Shown here: positions 26,176-40,479 of the stretch, one piece after another
Layout: every line of letters starts with the position of its first letter
Position numbering within the stretch: the first letter of the stretch is position 1
From: the human T2T-CHM13v2.0 reference genome, Homo sapiens
Strand: one strand, 5' to 3'
Length of the DNA: 64,000 nucleotides
Assembly: GCF_009914755.1 (NCBI RefSeq)
Contig: NC_060938.1
Notes under the pieces: generated by a model
The model's input: only the letters and a program-made list of their open reading frames with translations
Database searches by the model: none
What the model was told of the DNA's origin: nothing
Position numbers and translations under genes: made by a program

Positions 26176-27563
26176 AATTGTGAATGGGATAGCATTCCTG
26201 ATTTGGCTCTTGGCTTGGCTGTTGTTGGTGTACAGGAATGCTACTGATTTTTGTACATTAATTTTGTATCCTGAAACGAAGTTTGTTGAAGTTGTTTATC
26301 AGCTGGAGGAGCTTTGGGGCAGAGACTGTAGGGTTTTCTAGCTATAGAATCATGTTGTCTGCAAACAGGGATAGTTTGACTTTCTCTCTTCCTGTTTGGA
26401 ATGTCTTTTATTTCTTTCTCTTGTCTGATTGCTCTGGCCAGGATTTCCAATACTATGTTAAATAGGAGTGGTGAGAGAGAGCATCCTTGTCTTGTTGCAG
26501 TTTTTAAGGGGAATGCTTCCAGCTTTTGCCCATTCAGTATGATATTGCCCATTGCTTTGTCCTAGATGGTTGTTATTATTTTGAAGTGTGTTACCTCAGT
26601 GCCTAGTGTGTTGAGGGTTTTTAACATGAAGCAATGTTGAATTTTATCAGACGCCTTTTTGCATGTATTGAGATAATCACGTGATTTTTGTTTTTAGTTC
26701 TGTTTATGTGATGAATCACATTTATTGATTGGCATATGCTGAACCAACCTTGCATACAAGGGATAAAGCCTACTTGACCATGGTGGATTAGTTTTTTGAT
26801 GTGCTGCTGGATTTGGTTTGCTGGTATTTTGTTGGGTATTCTTGCATCTATGTTCATCAAGGATATTGGCCTGAAGTTTTTTGTTGTTGTTGTATCTTTG
26901 ACAGGTTTTGGTATCAGGATGATGCTGGCCTCATAGAATGAGTTAAGGAGGAGTCCCTCCTCAATTTTTTGGAATAGCTTCAGTAGGAATGGTACCAGCT
27001 CTTCTTTATTCATCTGGTAAAATTTAACTATGAATCCATCTAGTCCTGGGCATTTTTTGTTGGTAGGCTTGTTATTATTTTACTGGTCTGTTCAGGGATT
27101 CAATTTCTTCCTGGTTCAATCTTGGGAGATTGCATGTGTCCAGTAATTTATCCATTTCTTTTAGGCTTTCTAGCTAGTGTGCATGGAGGTATTCATATTA
27201 GTCTCCTTTCTTATTTCTTATTGTGTTTATTTGGACCTTCTCTCTTTTTTCTTTATTAGCCTAGCCAGCAGTCTAACTAACTTATTAATTTTTTCAAAAA
27301 ACCAATTCCTAGATATGTTGACTTTTTGTATGGTTTTTAATGTCTCAATTTCCTTCAGCTCAGCTTTGATTATAGTTATTTCTTGTCTTCTGCTACTTTT
27401 GGGGGTTGACTTGCTCTCGCTTCTCTAGTTTCTCCAGTTGTGATGTTAAGTTGTTAATTTGAGATCTTTCTAACTTTTTTATGTGGGTGTTTAGTTCTAT
27501 AAAGTTCTCTCTTAACACTCCCTTAGCTGTGTCCCAGAGATTCTGGTATGTTGTATCTTTGTT
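24402..27563 (-). mobile_element. 5'-truncated primate L1 (older L1PA, ~PA13-16), 3' UTR plus decayed ORF2
   Basis: Minus-strand ORFs give L1 ORF2/RT peptides ([68 protein letters not shown]) broken by stops and frameshifts; L1PA 3' UTR at 24402-24650. Confidence 0.96.
26135..26174. repeat. (GT)n microsatellite within the L1
   Basis: Read directly from the sequence. Confidence 0.97.
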
Positions 27564-28265
27564 TGGAACTATTTTTAATATTCTTCAGTGCAACCTGCTG
27601 GAATGACTAATAGCTGCAATTAGGTCCAATGTCTGAAAGTTTTGAAATCTAATATTGCTACATATGGATTTTACTATTTTCTTACAATTGCATGAGCTTT
27701 GAAACTGAAAGACCTGAGAGGGAATCTCAGCTTGACACTTACTCATTATGTGTCCTTGGGTCAGTCATTGAGAGTCTCTTCCTCCCAGTGGTTGGGAAGC
27801 TGCATGGAAGTGTAGAGGGCACTGTGAGATACAGAATCAAAGGATGAGTGATGAAACCACTGAGAGAGAACCACTTCCTGAGAAACCACTAAAGGTAATA
27901 CTATAGTTACTTAAGACCAATTAATTTGAGCTACTGATCTTGCCTTCAAAATTTTCAGTACTATACTTGGGACCAAAAAAAAAATGTCAGCAATTTCCTC
28001 AGATGTTCTAGGAAGTATGGTTTGGAGACACTGAAACGTCAACCTTATTGTTGACTTCTATTGAACAGTCAGTGGTAGAGAAGGAGCCCTTAAAATATAG
28101 TTAGCTGTGATTGTTTTTCCTGGAGCCTCATAGCTACATTTGCTAGGCAACCAAGAGGCAAGTTTTGGGGATATAAAAGCAGTACAATGGGGTAATGGTA
28201 AGATGAGAGAGATGCTGTTATATACATGGAGATCTGCCAGTACTGGAAAAGTTATAATAGTTAAA

Positions 28266-28274
28266 ATGATGATA

Positions 28275-28312
<38 letters not shown>

Positions 28313-28330
28313 AATGATGATGGTGGTGAT
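28266..28330. repeat. (ATG)n trinucleotide microsatellite
   Basis: Read directly; source of the poly-M/poly-H/poly-I ORFs. Confidence 0.97.
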
Positions 28331-30349
28331 TTGGTAGGATGAAAGGAGCACATGACCAAGAGTGACAATGCCTGGGTAAGCAGCTTAGCTCTACTATACA
28401 CCACCTCCATGACATTAAACAAACAACTTAATTACTGAAGACATTGCTTTCTTATCTCTAAGATGGAAAAATTAATATGTTCCTGTGTGCCTCTTAAGGT
28501 TGCTACATGGACAAAGTAAGAAATAGGTGGAATCACTCTGCAATCAGCAACATGCTTAAATAGTTAATGACACAGATTTACTTGATTGCCTTTTCCAACC
28601 AACTTTTCATGATAAGTTGTTGACCAGGTTGCTGGCTCTCTGATGGGATCATGTCAGGGTGAAAAAAAAATCCAGAGGCTACTAGATTTGGGGAGCTTTG
28701 TATAAAATTTGCAAGCAACTATGTGAGGTTTTAATAAGTGGGAGGTTTGCATTCTTAAGTCAAGGTAGCTTTTCTTATACAAATGTTTTTAAATAATACA
28801 TTTTTATGGCACTTATATTTTCAAAGTGTTTTCTAAAATAACTGACCCTTAATAGAAAAGAAGTATTCTGCTTTATACTTAAGGATAAAAAAGGACATGC
28901 TATGTCTTAGAAGAAAATATTGGCCTGGCTTTTAGAAAACCTAAATTCTGTCTATTATCACTGTAGGACTCTGAGCAAGGACTTTGATTTCCCCAGCTGC
29001 CAATTGAGGATAAGGAACTAGATGATTTTAAACATCCTACCCAACTCTAATAATTGGTAATTTCTATGAAATTATCTATGCTTTTCCCATGTTTCCAGAT
29101 GAGATGCTATTGAATGGTATTCTCCTGTAAGCCAGCCCTGCTGTTGACTATGTTTGGTGGCATTGGCTCTCCTAATATCTGTAGGAGATGACAAGCAAAA
29201 AAGGTATGGAGAAATGTGCTTTGAAACTGAGCATGATATATATTTCCATCTCAAAGAGAAAAACTTCTGTGTACACTTTGCATGTAATTTGTAGTGCATA
29301 AATATCAAAGCAAAAGCTTGATAAAGTTAACACACAAGGATTTGGGTTAAACTGAGAACTAAACACAGGTCTAGCCACCACTAATAAATAGGCTACCATA
29401 TACGGACTGGGCCTGAGCCTTCCAGGTTATGAATGGCTGAAGACAATCTATAATTCAGGGACAGCATTAGAAGTCAGCATCTAAATCGGAAGACTAACTA
29501 AATGTCTGTAATGATCTAGGTTTTCTTCATTGCACTCCAAGAAACAGTTTCCTGACCTGAGCAAATTTCTATTCCTAAAGGTTACAAGGATAGCATGTTA
29601 GAATTTACTGTAAATAGTTCAAATGCTTTAGGGTTGCCAAATAATTTTAGGCAATTATGTCACAATCATTATTTTAACACTGAAATGCCCCTGTATGAGA
29701 CCTCATAATGTTAGCCTGCCCCTACTATTTTGTAGCACTTTGCAATTGCCTTCCATGTAGTGCCCTTCCCCTTCATTAATCTTTCTCACTCTTTTTAGTC
29801 AGTCTTGGAATCAGACTGAAATCCTAGAGTTAAAAGAAGTATTGATTAGTTTCCATATCTGCTCACCTTACTCTCCATACAACACTTTTCAGAGAAGGTA
29901 TTTTCGTAATGTCCCCAAATAACTTCCCTTAAAGTCTAATAAGCTTGTATCAGGAAATGCTTTAATTCTGTCAGGAATTCTGTCAAGAATTCTGCTTTAA
30001 TTCTCTATCAAGAAATGCTGATTCTGTCTTGCCATGAAAGGAGACATTTGCCTTTTAGCTCTCAATGTTCCATTATCAATAAAGACCCCCAAAAAGTAAG
30101 GGGTCTGGCAGTTCTGTTTCCATGTGTTCCTTTTGTAAACATGAAAGTTTGCACATACCATTTTCTCCAACTATAACGCTCAGCCATCCACCCACTCACC
30201 TGGTCTTCTGACTTGTCCTTCTCATATTATAAGATTTAATTTATAAATCCCCTTCTCCTGGAAGCCTTCCCTTATGAACTCCAATACCTTTTATAAACAC
30301 ACACACACGCATGGAAAGAGAGAGAAAGAGAGAGAGAGAGAGCTAGATG

Positions 30350-30560
30350 CTCTTTATCCCAGGTCCCATTGCAACCTTCACTTAATTCCTACTCCTTACC
30401 ACAACACATTGTAATTGTTGGCTTATTTCCCTCTCCAAAAGTAAATAATAACCCAATTTTGAGGGCAGGGACAATCTTATTCATGTCTGTATCTCTGTCA
30501 CCTAGCACAGTACCTGACCTACAGAAAGCAGTAAAGAAATATTTTGTAAATGAAATAAAT
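30350..30560 (+). mobile_element. L2 LINE 3' fragment
   Basis: TTGAGGGCAGGGACAATCTTATTCATGTCTGTATCTCTGTCACCTAGCACAGTACCTGAC...AAATATTTTGTAAATGAA. Confidence 0.75.
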
Positions 30561-33094
30561 GTATCTATCTCAAGCCCTGGTCCCCTCCCACTACTTTTCT
30601 GAAATGATGTTTTTTTCTTCCATATTAAAGTTATGAAAATTTAACAAGCTCTTGATGACAATTTGGAAGCCTCACTAGGACCTCTCAGATGGCATTTCTC
30701 TTGTGTTTCAGAATGTGTCTGCTTTGCATGACAGTCCAGATGTCAGCCTTTCCACATTTCCCCAGAATTACCTTGAGTCGAATTAAGTCCCTCCCGTGTA
30801 GTTCTAAAGCTTCTATCTGGGCAGGCAGCTTTGTTGTTAGCTAACTGTCGGCATTACAGTGCTGTATTCATAAAGGATTGTCAGCACGATGCAGTATTAT
30901 TATGCGAGATCAGTTGCTCATGTGAAGACACATTAAACCTAGCAGTTGCTTTGTCTCTTGTCAAGGGAATTGTGTGGTGCTACACTGGAGATGAGAGTTT
31001 GCACCGTCAACCTACTACTGCTGTTTTTGCTACCCACTTTGGAAGAATCAACAATTCATGCTTGTTTCCTTGTTTTTTCTTCTTTGGTAACAACTTAGCC
31101 ACTATCCAAACAGGAATCTTAGTAGTGCCAGAAAAAATAATATCCCTTGGTGCAAGGGTTATTTCATGTGAGTGTTTCTACGAGGGCTAAAGTTCTGTGT
31201 TTTATCCTCAGTTCAGTGGCTGAGGTGCTGCCTTTCCCTGTTAAGAGGCCTCCCGACACCTACCTACCTGCGCTTCCACACTGGCATTCAGGATTTCCCA
31301 TTGTCTTGTTTCACCAGCCTGTCACCAGGCTTCTTACTGGATGCTCTCTTCAATATCAACTTATTTGAATTACCATTTGTTATCAAAACTTTCAGAAACC
31401 AGCTCTGTCAGACATGGTAAAATATTCCCCACACATGCAGCAAAATCCCCTTCTGGCACTACACACCCTCAGTGGGCAGTCTAATTCCAGGGTCCTGTTT
31501 CTTCTGGTGTGCCCATTCTATACACATTAACTGTGCCACATCTGCCTAAAACATGACAGGTAACAAGATTTGATATACAGGAGAGTTCCATCTTAAAAAA
31601 AAAGGATTGCTAAAAGAAAACCAAAAGCCAATTTTCTGCCTCTGTTTCCCCAAGATTTTCTTCCCTCCTTCATTTCTTGTTTGTTTCCAAAATATCTACC
31701 TGAAAACTTAACCCAAAACAGGAAAAGTAATAGAAGAATAAGTTTAAAGAACCAGAGGGTCTTGGGGAAAGTTGAGTCTTTGAAAGTGTGAGAAGGTGTT
31801 AATGTTAGCTTAATCATTGGCTAGGCCTACTTTTTTCAAAGCTTACTTTATATCCTCTATTATTATTAAGAAACAGCACATTTTCAACACTACATTTTGC
31901 CTCAGCAGGCCCCTTTCAACAATATATTATGGTTCTGTTATAGAACAGCCAAATTGCATTAATCACTTTTTTCAAGATGTAGTTTACAGCAGATAACATT
32001 TTTAAGTTTGCTTTGCTGCAACAGCTTTCTGACAAAGGGGTAGACTGTCAAAAGTCATCTCTTTCATTCTGAGCCCAACAACGCTGCACATTTCACTTAT
32101 CTCTAACTGTCTCATGCTCTCTATTGTACTCCTCCTTAATGCTTTTTAGTTTGGTTCAGTCTCTGATTCTTTAAGGATTCAGCTGGTACAATAATCAGAT
32201 TGTCTGACTAGCCATCTTTCTGTCTGTCTACATTTTAAATGTATCTAACAAACAAGGTGATATAATTATTTTACTCCTGTTTTAACTCATAGAAAGCTAG
32301 AATTTTACAGATCACAAGGACATGACAGCAGGTGGTTTTCAAAAAGAATAAATATGAAGTATGAGCCTGTTTTTCTTAATGAAGTAAAATGGATCTTGCC
32401 TTTGTCATGCTTCCAGAATATGGCTCAATTAGAAAAATCTTAGGCAATATGTGTTCATTTCTAGAAATTACAAGTGGCTGTAAGTGATTATATGCATCTC
32501 GATGTAACGCCATAGCACAAATTCATCATTTTGAATGTCTGTCTATATACTGTGGCTTTAACCAAGTTCTAGGTACAAGCTGATCTTTTTGCAGTATTTT
32601 TAATAACTCCTACTTAACATAATGATTTTGAACATCTATTCTTTTAAAGTTATTTTTGTTAGTTTTTCCCTTGAGATCTCTGCTTTCTTTTAAAAATATC
32701 ATGTTGTATTTTAAAAAGTCACTTTTTCTCTCTCTTCCCAAAACTACCATCATTTTTTTTAAAAAGTCAGCTTTAAATGGCTAGTGCCATCCTTCTTTTG
32801 TCAGTTACTTTGACCAAGTACTGTGACCTGGATTGAATAATTGGAACTTGCTGGTAGAATGGTACCTGAGTGTGTTTATCCCAGAAAGAAATTCCAAATG
32901 CACTGGGGATAGAAATAAACCAAGGAGTTTGGATGGAGATGATAAAGAATATGAAAAACTCAACTGAGAATTTCATGCAACCTCTCTAAAACTGAGAGAT
33001 TATGGGTATATGAGCCATATTTCCAAAGCTGATGACCAAATGATCTTTAAATATATTACATTTTATTACTAAAAAAGTAAGTTTATAAAATACA

Positions 33095-34025
33095 AATTGA
33101 AATAACACTAAGATAATTTTTTGCCTATTATATTGGTGGAAAAAGATGAAGCTACAAAGTGTTGGCAAGAGTGCGGAGAAACTAGTACTCTTACTTACTA
33201 CCATTGGGGATAATCATTGGCAAAAATATTTTTCAGGGCCATTAAAAAATACTTGAATAAGTTTAAATATTGCACATCCTTTGACCCAGCAATTTTATCT
33301 TTATAAATGTATCCTGCACATATACTAACACAAGTATACAAAAATGTGTGCACAAAAATGTTTGCTGAGTGAATGCCGAGCTCTAATTCTGAAATCAGAC
33401 AGACTTGAGTTGAAATCACAGCTCCACTACCTTCTGGATATGTGACCTTGGACAAGTTACATAGCATTTCAGTGTCCTCATCTGCCCGATTATTTTGAAA
33501 ATTAAATGAAATGATGCCTACAAAGTCTATAATAAAGTTCCTGGCACTTAGTATTAATAAATACTTAGTGAGTATTTATTACTCTTTGCAATGATGATAA
33601 TATTACTACAGATATCATCCTGTATTATTTATAATAGCAAAATACCTGAAAACAAGTCAGCTATCTGTTAAGTGGAGAATTGACTATATCACCTTAGGTC
33701 CATTCAGTGGAATACAACATAGTCATTAAAAAGAATGAGATGAATCTACATGGAAAGGGTCAAAATATACTATGAAAAAGTCAAATTTCAGTATTAACTA
33801 TACTATTCCATATGTGTGAAAAGACACGATAATACATTTTACTACTATATGGAGGGACGGAAGGAGGGAAGAAGGGACGGAGAGAGAGAGAGAGAATACA
33901 AAGCAAAATATTAATAAGAATTATCTTTGGGAAGTGGGATAATTGGGCACTTGAATTTTTTCTCTATCATGAACTTTTGTAATATTTTCATTTTTCACCA
34001 TGCACTTGTATTACTTTTAAAATTA
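33095..34025 (+). mobile_element. Ancient L1ME 3' fragment interrupted by a MIR
   Basis: AAGTGTTGGCAAGAGTGCGGAGAAAC...CCTTTGACCCAGCAATT...then TTTATAATAGCAAAA...GGAATAC...CATTAAAAAGAATGAG. Confidence 0.75.
33370..33585 (+). mobile_element. MIR nested in L1ME
   Basis: GAAATCAGACAGACTTGAGTTGAAATCACAGCTCCACTAC...TGTGACCTTGGACAAGTTAC. Confidence 0.8.
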
Positions 34026-34639
34026 ATAGAAGTATTATTTTTGAAAGAGTAAAAGTAAATTCAATATGTGATGCAATCTTTCACATTGAATTCTTAAATC
34101 AAATAAAAGAAAATAAGATGTGTATTTTTGCCAACTCCTAGCAAAAACAGCTGTCTCAAGAGGAAATGTTCTAGTATAAAAGGGAGCTTTGTTTTCTTCC
34201 TTCTGCCTTAGTTCAGGCCTGCTTGCCTGTTTCACAGTATTGAATATGCAGTGCATGGACAGGAAAGCTCAGGAATAAGAGACCTATATAAAACACCTAG
34301 GGATATTTTTAAACAATTCAATATGAATAGAGTGAGCTAATTTATTAAGCCAACTATCTATTTTCTAATTTCCTGTTATGTAGATAAAGGATTATCCAAA
34401 TTATTTTCATCCTTGGATTCTCACAACCTAGTTTATAGAACGTATTCAGTAAATATTTGTTGAATGAATGAGTAAAGACTGGCTGTCACTTAATACATTT
34501 CTTTTAGCTTCCTAGTAGCTGGACTTACACATCTTCCATTGCTAAAGCCAGTCAGCAGAGACCTGGGGCAGGCAGGGTGAAAATAAATGAAACCAGAAGG
34601 ATTTTCTGGAAAACCATGAGAGAGATCAGAGAATCAGGG

Positions 34640-34790
34640 AAACTCGGAGCTAGAAGACAACTGCAGAACTATCCATTCTGACACCTAATTCTGTGAGGAA
34701 ACTGAGTCCCAGAGAAGGTGGTCAGAGTGCTGGTTAGAGGCAGAGTAAGGACATAAGCCCAAGTCTTATACTCCTACTTAAGTTTTCCTT
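34640..34790 (-). mobile_element. MIR fragment
   Basis: TGAGGAAACTGAGTCCCAGAGAAGG...TGGTTAGAGGCAGAG. Confidence 0.6.
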
Positions 34791-37700
34791 CCTAACCAGG
34801 TTGTTATTCCCCACAAAAGAGTGCTATTGCTTAGATAAATTGGCATGGAATCTTCCTTTCATATGGAGGAGAAGGCAGTGGTGATGAGAGGGGAAAGGTT
34901 TACTAGCAAAGCTATATCCAATTACAAATTTACTTCTTTTTAACTTATATTGTTGTTTTCTCCCAGCAAATATTTTCAATGTAAATAATAGATACATGGA
35001 GCATCTCAAGTTTACCATTATTGTGTCCCTTTAAAGATATTTCTATCTTCCAACCTTTCTTCAAATACCATGATCAAAAATTAGCATAAATCAGAACTGT
35101 TTGATGTCTTTATGTTAACTTTGCCTAGGAAAAAAATGGAAAAGTATGGCAGAATACTTTCTCAAACTATAAACTAGACAAGAATACCACTATGAATTTG
35201 GAAGCATGATTTTCTTCTTTGGGTGGATTCTTTGGTTATCTTCTGCCAATTGAAGCAAATTCCTTCTTAGTCTTTATTTAATAGCACTCCTTCTGCCTTC
35301 GCTATAGCAGCACTTATCACAGGTGAGATAAAATGTCAAAGCTAAAGAAAAGTAAATGACTGGAAGTGAAATATCCAAGCAGAGGTTGGCATATAGACAA
35401 CGCCAACCAAGGAGGAAGTGAACTCTGAGCAGTGGTAGGAAATTTACTTAGCTGCGTTGACCTAATATGGTGGCAAATGTAAGCCTGGCATGATACATGC
35501 ATTTTTTAATGAAACCATATTAAACAGCTGATTTTTTATTAGACCTGATATTTTCCCCCTAGATCCCAGTCCATCTAAATTTAAGCAGACAGAAGGGTGA
35601 TTGATTCAACAGTATATCTTTTACTTAATCCAGCCCCAGTTAAGTTTTTCCCCCATTACCATGTTATGCAAGGGCAACCCCACACTGGCAGTTGGTTGTT
35701 AATTACATTTGATGTGCAGTAACACAAGAGAGCTAATTAACTTGCATCAAAAAAGCTTTATTTACTGTGACAAATTAAACAAACTCATAAAGTGTTCAGC
35801 CACAATGGCTCTCAATTATCATGCAGTCCAAGTAATGTGGTGCAAACATATTCCCAGGCCTCCCTCAGGTATCACTTCAATCTTACAGCCCCCTGCACAA
35901 TACAATTATAAATGAATCTTTTTAATGAATAGAATGGAAAGTCAACTGCTCTTTGTTTTGCTTTGTTTTGTGTTTGTATGTGTATGCATGAGTGTGTTGA
36001 GTGTGTATGTGTTCTCTCAAGGTACAGCTGAACATGTGGGTCATAGTCAATTTCTTAATCCATGCTTACTGAATGTTCAACAGAGTTTTCATGGACTTTA
36101 ATCAGAGAACTCTCTTAGAGCAAAAAGAGAAATCTCCTGTCCCAAAGCCCATGTTCTGTATTAAGCACGACTGTCTAAAACTGGTCCTCTTCAGACTCGT
36201 CTAGACAGTTTTTGACTCCTTAGAGGAGGCCTTACCACTCCATAATGACTTAAACACAGGAGGTATAAAATAATTCCTTTCTCATTTGGTACAGTAAGGA
36301 AATAAACTTTGCCCCTCAGCCAACAGGAGGCAGCAGAACATCTCGGTGTCTTTGGAACTTCTTTCTTTGGGAAAACTAGCTATAATTCCCACCATTCTTT
36401 GTAAAACAGCATTTCAAATTAATTTACCTGTGGTAAGTACTTAGCAAAATACTCTTCTTTCTTTCTACTTAATTTGTAATGTTTGATGATTTAAGGTTCA
36501 TAGCACAGTAAAATGGAAGAAACACTGAGCTAGAAATCAGATGAAGAATAATAATAGCGACTAGCTCATGCAGCTCGTAAGTGGCGGAATCAGGATTGTC
36601 TAACTCCAAAACTTGTTCTCAACTGCTGCCAACAAAGTACCTTTTGGCATGTTATGGAACCCCCATTTCCTTATCTGTAATATATAAATAACATTTGACA
36701 CCATGTTATAAATGGGGCCTATAATAACTTTAAATGAAACTGTAAATTGTTGATGTCATTATGAATATTTATTGATTGGCCTCATAAAAAATTCATAATG
36801 AAATTTTCTCAATTGTCATCTTTCAATAGAGTTCTATGCCTATATGCCAATAAATGACTAAGGAGAAGAATTTTCTTAAAGGATAAAAAAGTTTACTTAT
36901 CTACATGACAATTTGGAATACCAGTATCTCTAGAAGAGCTAGTTATTCTGAGCACTTTGATTAAAGAGGAAAAGAACTGAGAAATAGGAACAAGGTCTAG
37001 GGAAACTGACTGCTCTTCAATAATCTCATCAGTATTTCTGAAAGTTAAGCATCCTTAAGTTCCTTATTGAACCCCCCAAGAGAAATAAAGGCACAAATTT
37101 GCCTTAGAATGGATTCTTTTTTAAAACCAAGCAGGAATGATCATTACAAATTTAGCTGAAGAGTCATGCTTGGTCATTTCCTGTTTAACCTTAATCTACA
37201 AGAAAACCATGCATCCCAGAGATGGTTGGGAAGTCACCCTCAAGACAAAATGTTCTGGTTCCCCTCCTCTTGACTGTTGACATTTATGAATTAGCTGCAG
37301 TCTGTAGCTGAGGTCCAGAGCCACTCTGTTCCTGAAGGACTTTTATCCTCCTACCTAATCAGTGATTTTGTCGTCTGGACAGACATCAAGTTTGGGCAAA
37401 AAGGCTCACCAATAATGCATTCTATTTGGCTATAGGTGACAGCAGGAGCTAGTAAAGAAATCACAGTAGGGAACACAGCTGAGTGTGGGCATAACAAAAT
37501 GTCCTTTATTTACAGGAGCATAACCTGTAATATGCAGTTTCAACATTGAGGTACACCAGAGCACGTCTAAAAGACTGCTGGTTCTGTAATGAAAATTTTG
37601 AGTGATTCCAAAGGTCTAGGGTCCTCTGTACTGGGTGATTATTATGAACTAACAAGGCAGTGTGATTATTCCACCTCAGAATAGTCATACAAATCAGTGG

Positions 37701-39192
37701 CGCACTTCTGCTTCTGCCAACATTTTCTGTCCAGGGCACTGTAGTTCACAACTGTCACAAAAGTACTTAGTTGCTTTCCTAGCTGAAAGTATGGCAAAAA
37801 AACCGAGCAATTTTGTTGTTCAAGAACTGGCTTCTTTATAAACTTCATCTCACTCAAACATCTCCCAAAGATCTACAATTCGTGGGTGAAATCCATTTGC
37901 CTCCTCCCTCCCCCAGGACAATTATGAGTTAACATGAAAACAAAGACTCAAAACAGAAATAAAACCTGAAATAAATCACTTGTATAAATGGAGAGATACA
38001 ACTTGTCATATTAAAAATCTTATAGCCTAGTCTACAAAGAACAATCTTATCATTCTCTATCCTATCAGAAAAGATAGGTACATAAGAGGCTGACCAATTT
38101 ATTATAAACAGGTCTTTTTATGCTAGACTGATTGCAGAGATGTTACTATAACGGAGAATTCTGAAGAGGACATTAAAATGCAACTACAACACCAAATGGA
38201 GTAGTTGATTTTTCGAGCTTTATTCAGACTGAATGTGACAGTTCTTTCTGCATATGGAAGTCCATGGGTGGCCATTAAATCAAACTGAGCATCTTACAAG
38301 CCTATTCATATTGACCAGAGTATGGCGGCTCATTTAACCAATTCTGCCAGTGCGTATTGCAGGGAGCTAGAGGGGATGTAAAGAGCTCTCCTTGATTACA
38401 ATGCTCTCTGTGGGACCACAGGAGTTACCTACCAGCCCCCAACACTCAGAAATTCTGAACCAAGCAAATGACAGTACATTTTTCTTCAGCTCACATCCCT
38501 TCAGTGAGATTCAAAGTCAATCATATGAATACCAGTTTGTAATTTCCCCCTGCATTTTAGGGTTAAGAATTCCAAGGAGACCCCCAAATTTCTATGATGT
38601 TGTCCTGTTCCTTGGCACAAAGCTTGCTGTGACTCTACTGTGAAGGTGTGCCGTGAGCTGCAGTGGATATCCTGACTTCCCAGGAAATTGAAAAGAGCTG
38701 CAAGACTGGCTTTCTTGACAGCGAGTATCTATAAGCCTTTCCACTGTTGGTGAAGCAAGAGATTTCAATGTTCTTTTCCTTACAAAATTCCAAATTAGGT
38801 GATTCTCCCAGCCTGAAACTTTCTTGAGGCTCAGAATAGGGCTCTTACCTCTCTCATTTTCTCACCTTGATGGGCAGACTATGTCAGACTACTCTACAAT
38901 TATAATTGCAATTGATTGTATTTCAGGTGAGTTCTGTAGAGTAGACAAGGAAATGGAACCGTTTGTTATGTTAAGAACTTAAAAGTTAAACAGAGCATAT
39001 AGTCTCCATCAAAGAACCGCAGTGAGAAAATACACACCAACTCTATCCCTGCTGCCTCTATTGAACTCATTTTGGAAGATGCCTTTAGATAGAGTGAGTG
39101 ACAGCCAAGTTTCGTACTTAGAGGATGAATTGTTTATGAAAACATCTTGAGTTCATTGATGATCAATTTTAATGAATTAGGTAATGAATTGA

Positions 39193-39673
<481 letters not shown>

Positions 39674-39809
39674 TAGAAAACCTGCTTGAGAAAAAATGGT
39701 ATGCAGCCACCCAAATGTCTGCTTCTTTAAAAAATACTTAAGGTCTTATATACTTCTTAAAAATTGGCCAGTGACCAAACTGCAGAATGCTTTACAACAA
39801 ACAGCCACT

Positions 39810-40360
39810 AGTTCATACAGGAGACATTTATTGAGCACCTACAACATGGCAGCCAAACATCGTGTTAGGTTGGGGATCCAAAAATTTAAAAAACATAATC
39901 CTCAAGAGGATTATAATATCGTGAGGAGAAGGGCATGTGAATAAGCAATACTATAATGTCCTTGATATGGGGGAAAGTTGTACAAAGTGTAAGGACAGGA
40001 TCGTAAGCAAGTCCTTAATAATAACAGCTAACACTCACTAGTACCGTCTATATTCCAGGCTCATACTACTAAATTACCTCATTTAATCCTCACAGGAACC
40101 TTACAAGGTGAGCACTGTTTCCGAGGGAATCAAAGATGGGTGATGTAAAGAGTGACAATCAGGCTGAGGCAAGGCAACGGGTTAGAGGGACACGACTGAG
40201 AAGTAGGCGTAGCTAATGAGCAATGTGCTGGGTAGAGTGGGATGAGAGCTGAAATGACGCTTAAGATACAGGCACAGGAAGGGACCAGTTCATTCAGTGC
40301 CTTGGTGACACCCGAAGGAAGTTTATCTTGTAGACGATGGGGAGCTGATGAAGAATTCTG
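39810..40360 (-). mobile_element. Degraded L2 with an embedded MIR fragment (~40020-40120)
   Basis: CATTTATTGAGCACCTACAACATG (antisense L2 end); CTCATTTAATCCTCACAGGAACCTTACAAGGT (antisense MIR). Confidence 0.6.
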
Positions 40361-40479
40361 AGCATTTATTTGGGCTTAATCCCGTTTAATACAGCCAATC
40401 AACTCGTGGGGGAGGCTCACAAAGACAAGGGTAAGAATTAAGTGCTGAGGTTGTCCATCGAGGCATCAGCAAAATGGAG

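Noticed and set aside
26241-27013. ORFs with reverse-transcriptase-like peptides
   Set aside because: Frameshifted fragments of L1 ORF2 in a 5'-truncated, dead L1PA; not a gene or a novel RT system
28058-28415. Poly-His, poly-Met and poly-Ile ORFs
   Set aside because: All are translations of one (ATG)n microsatellite
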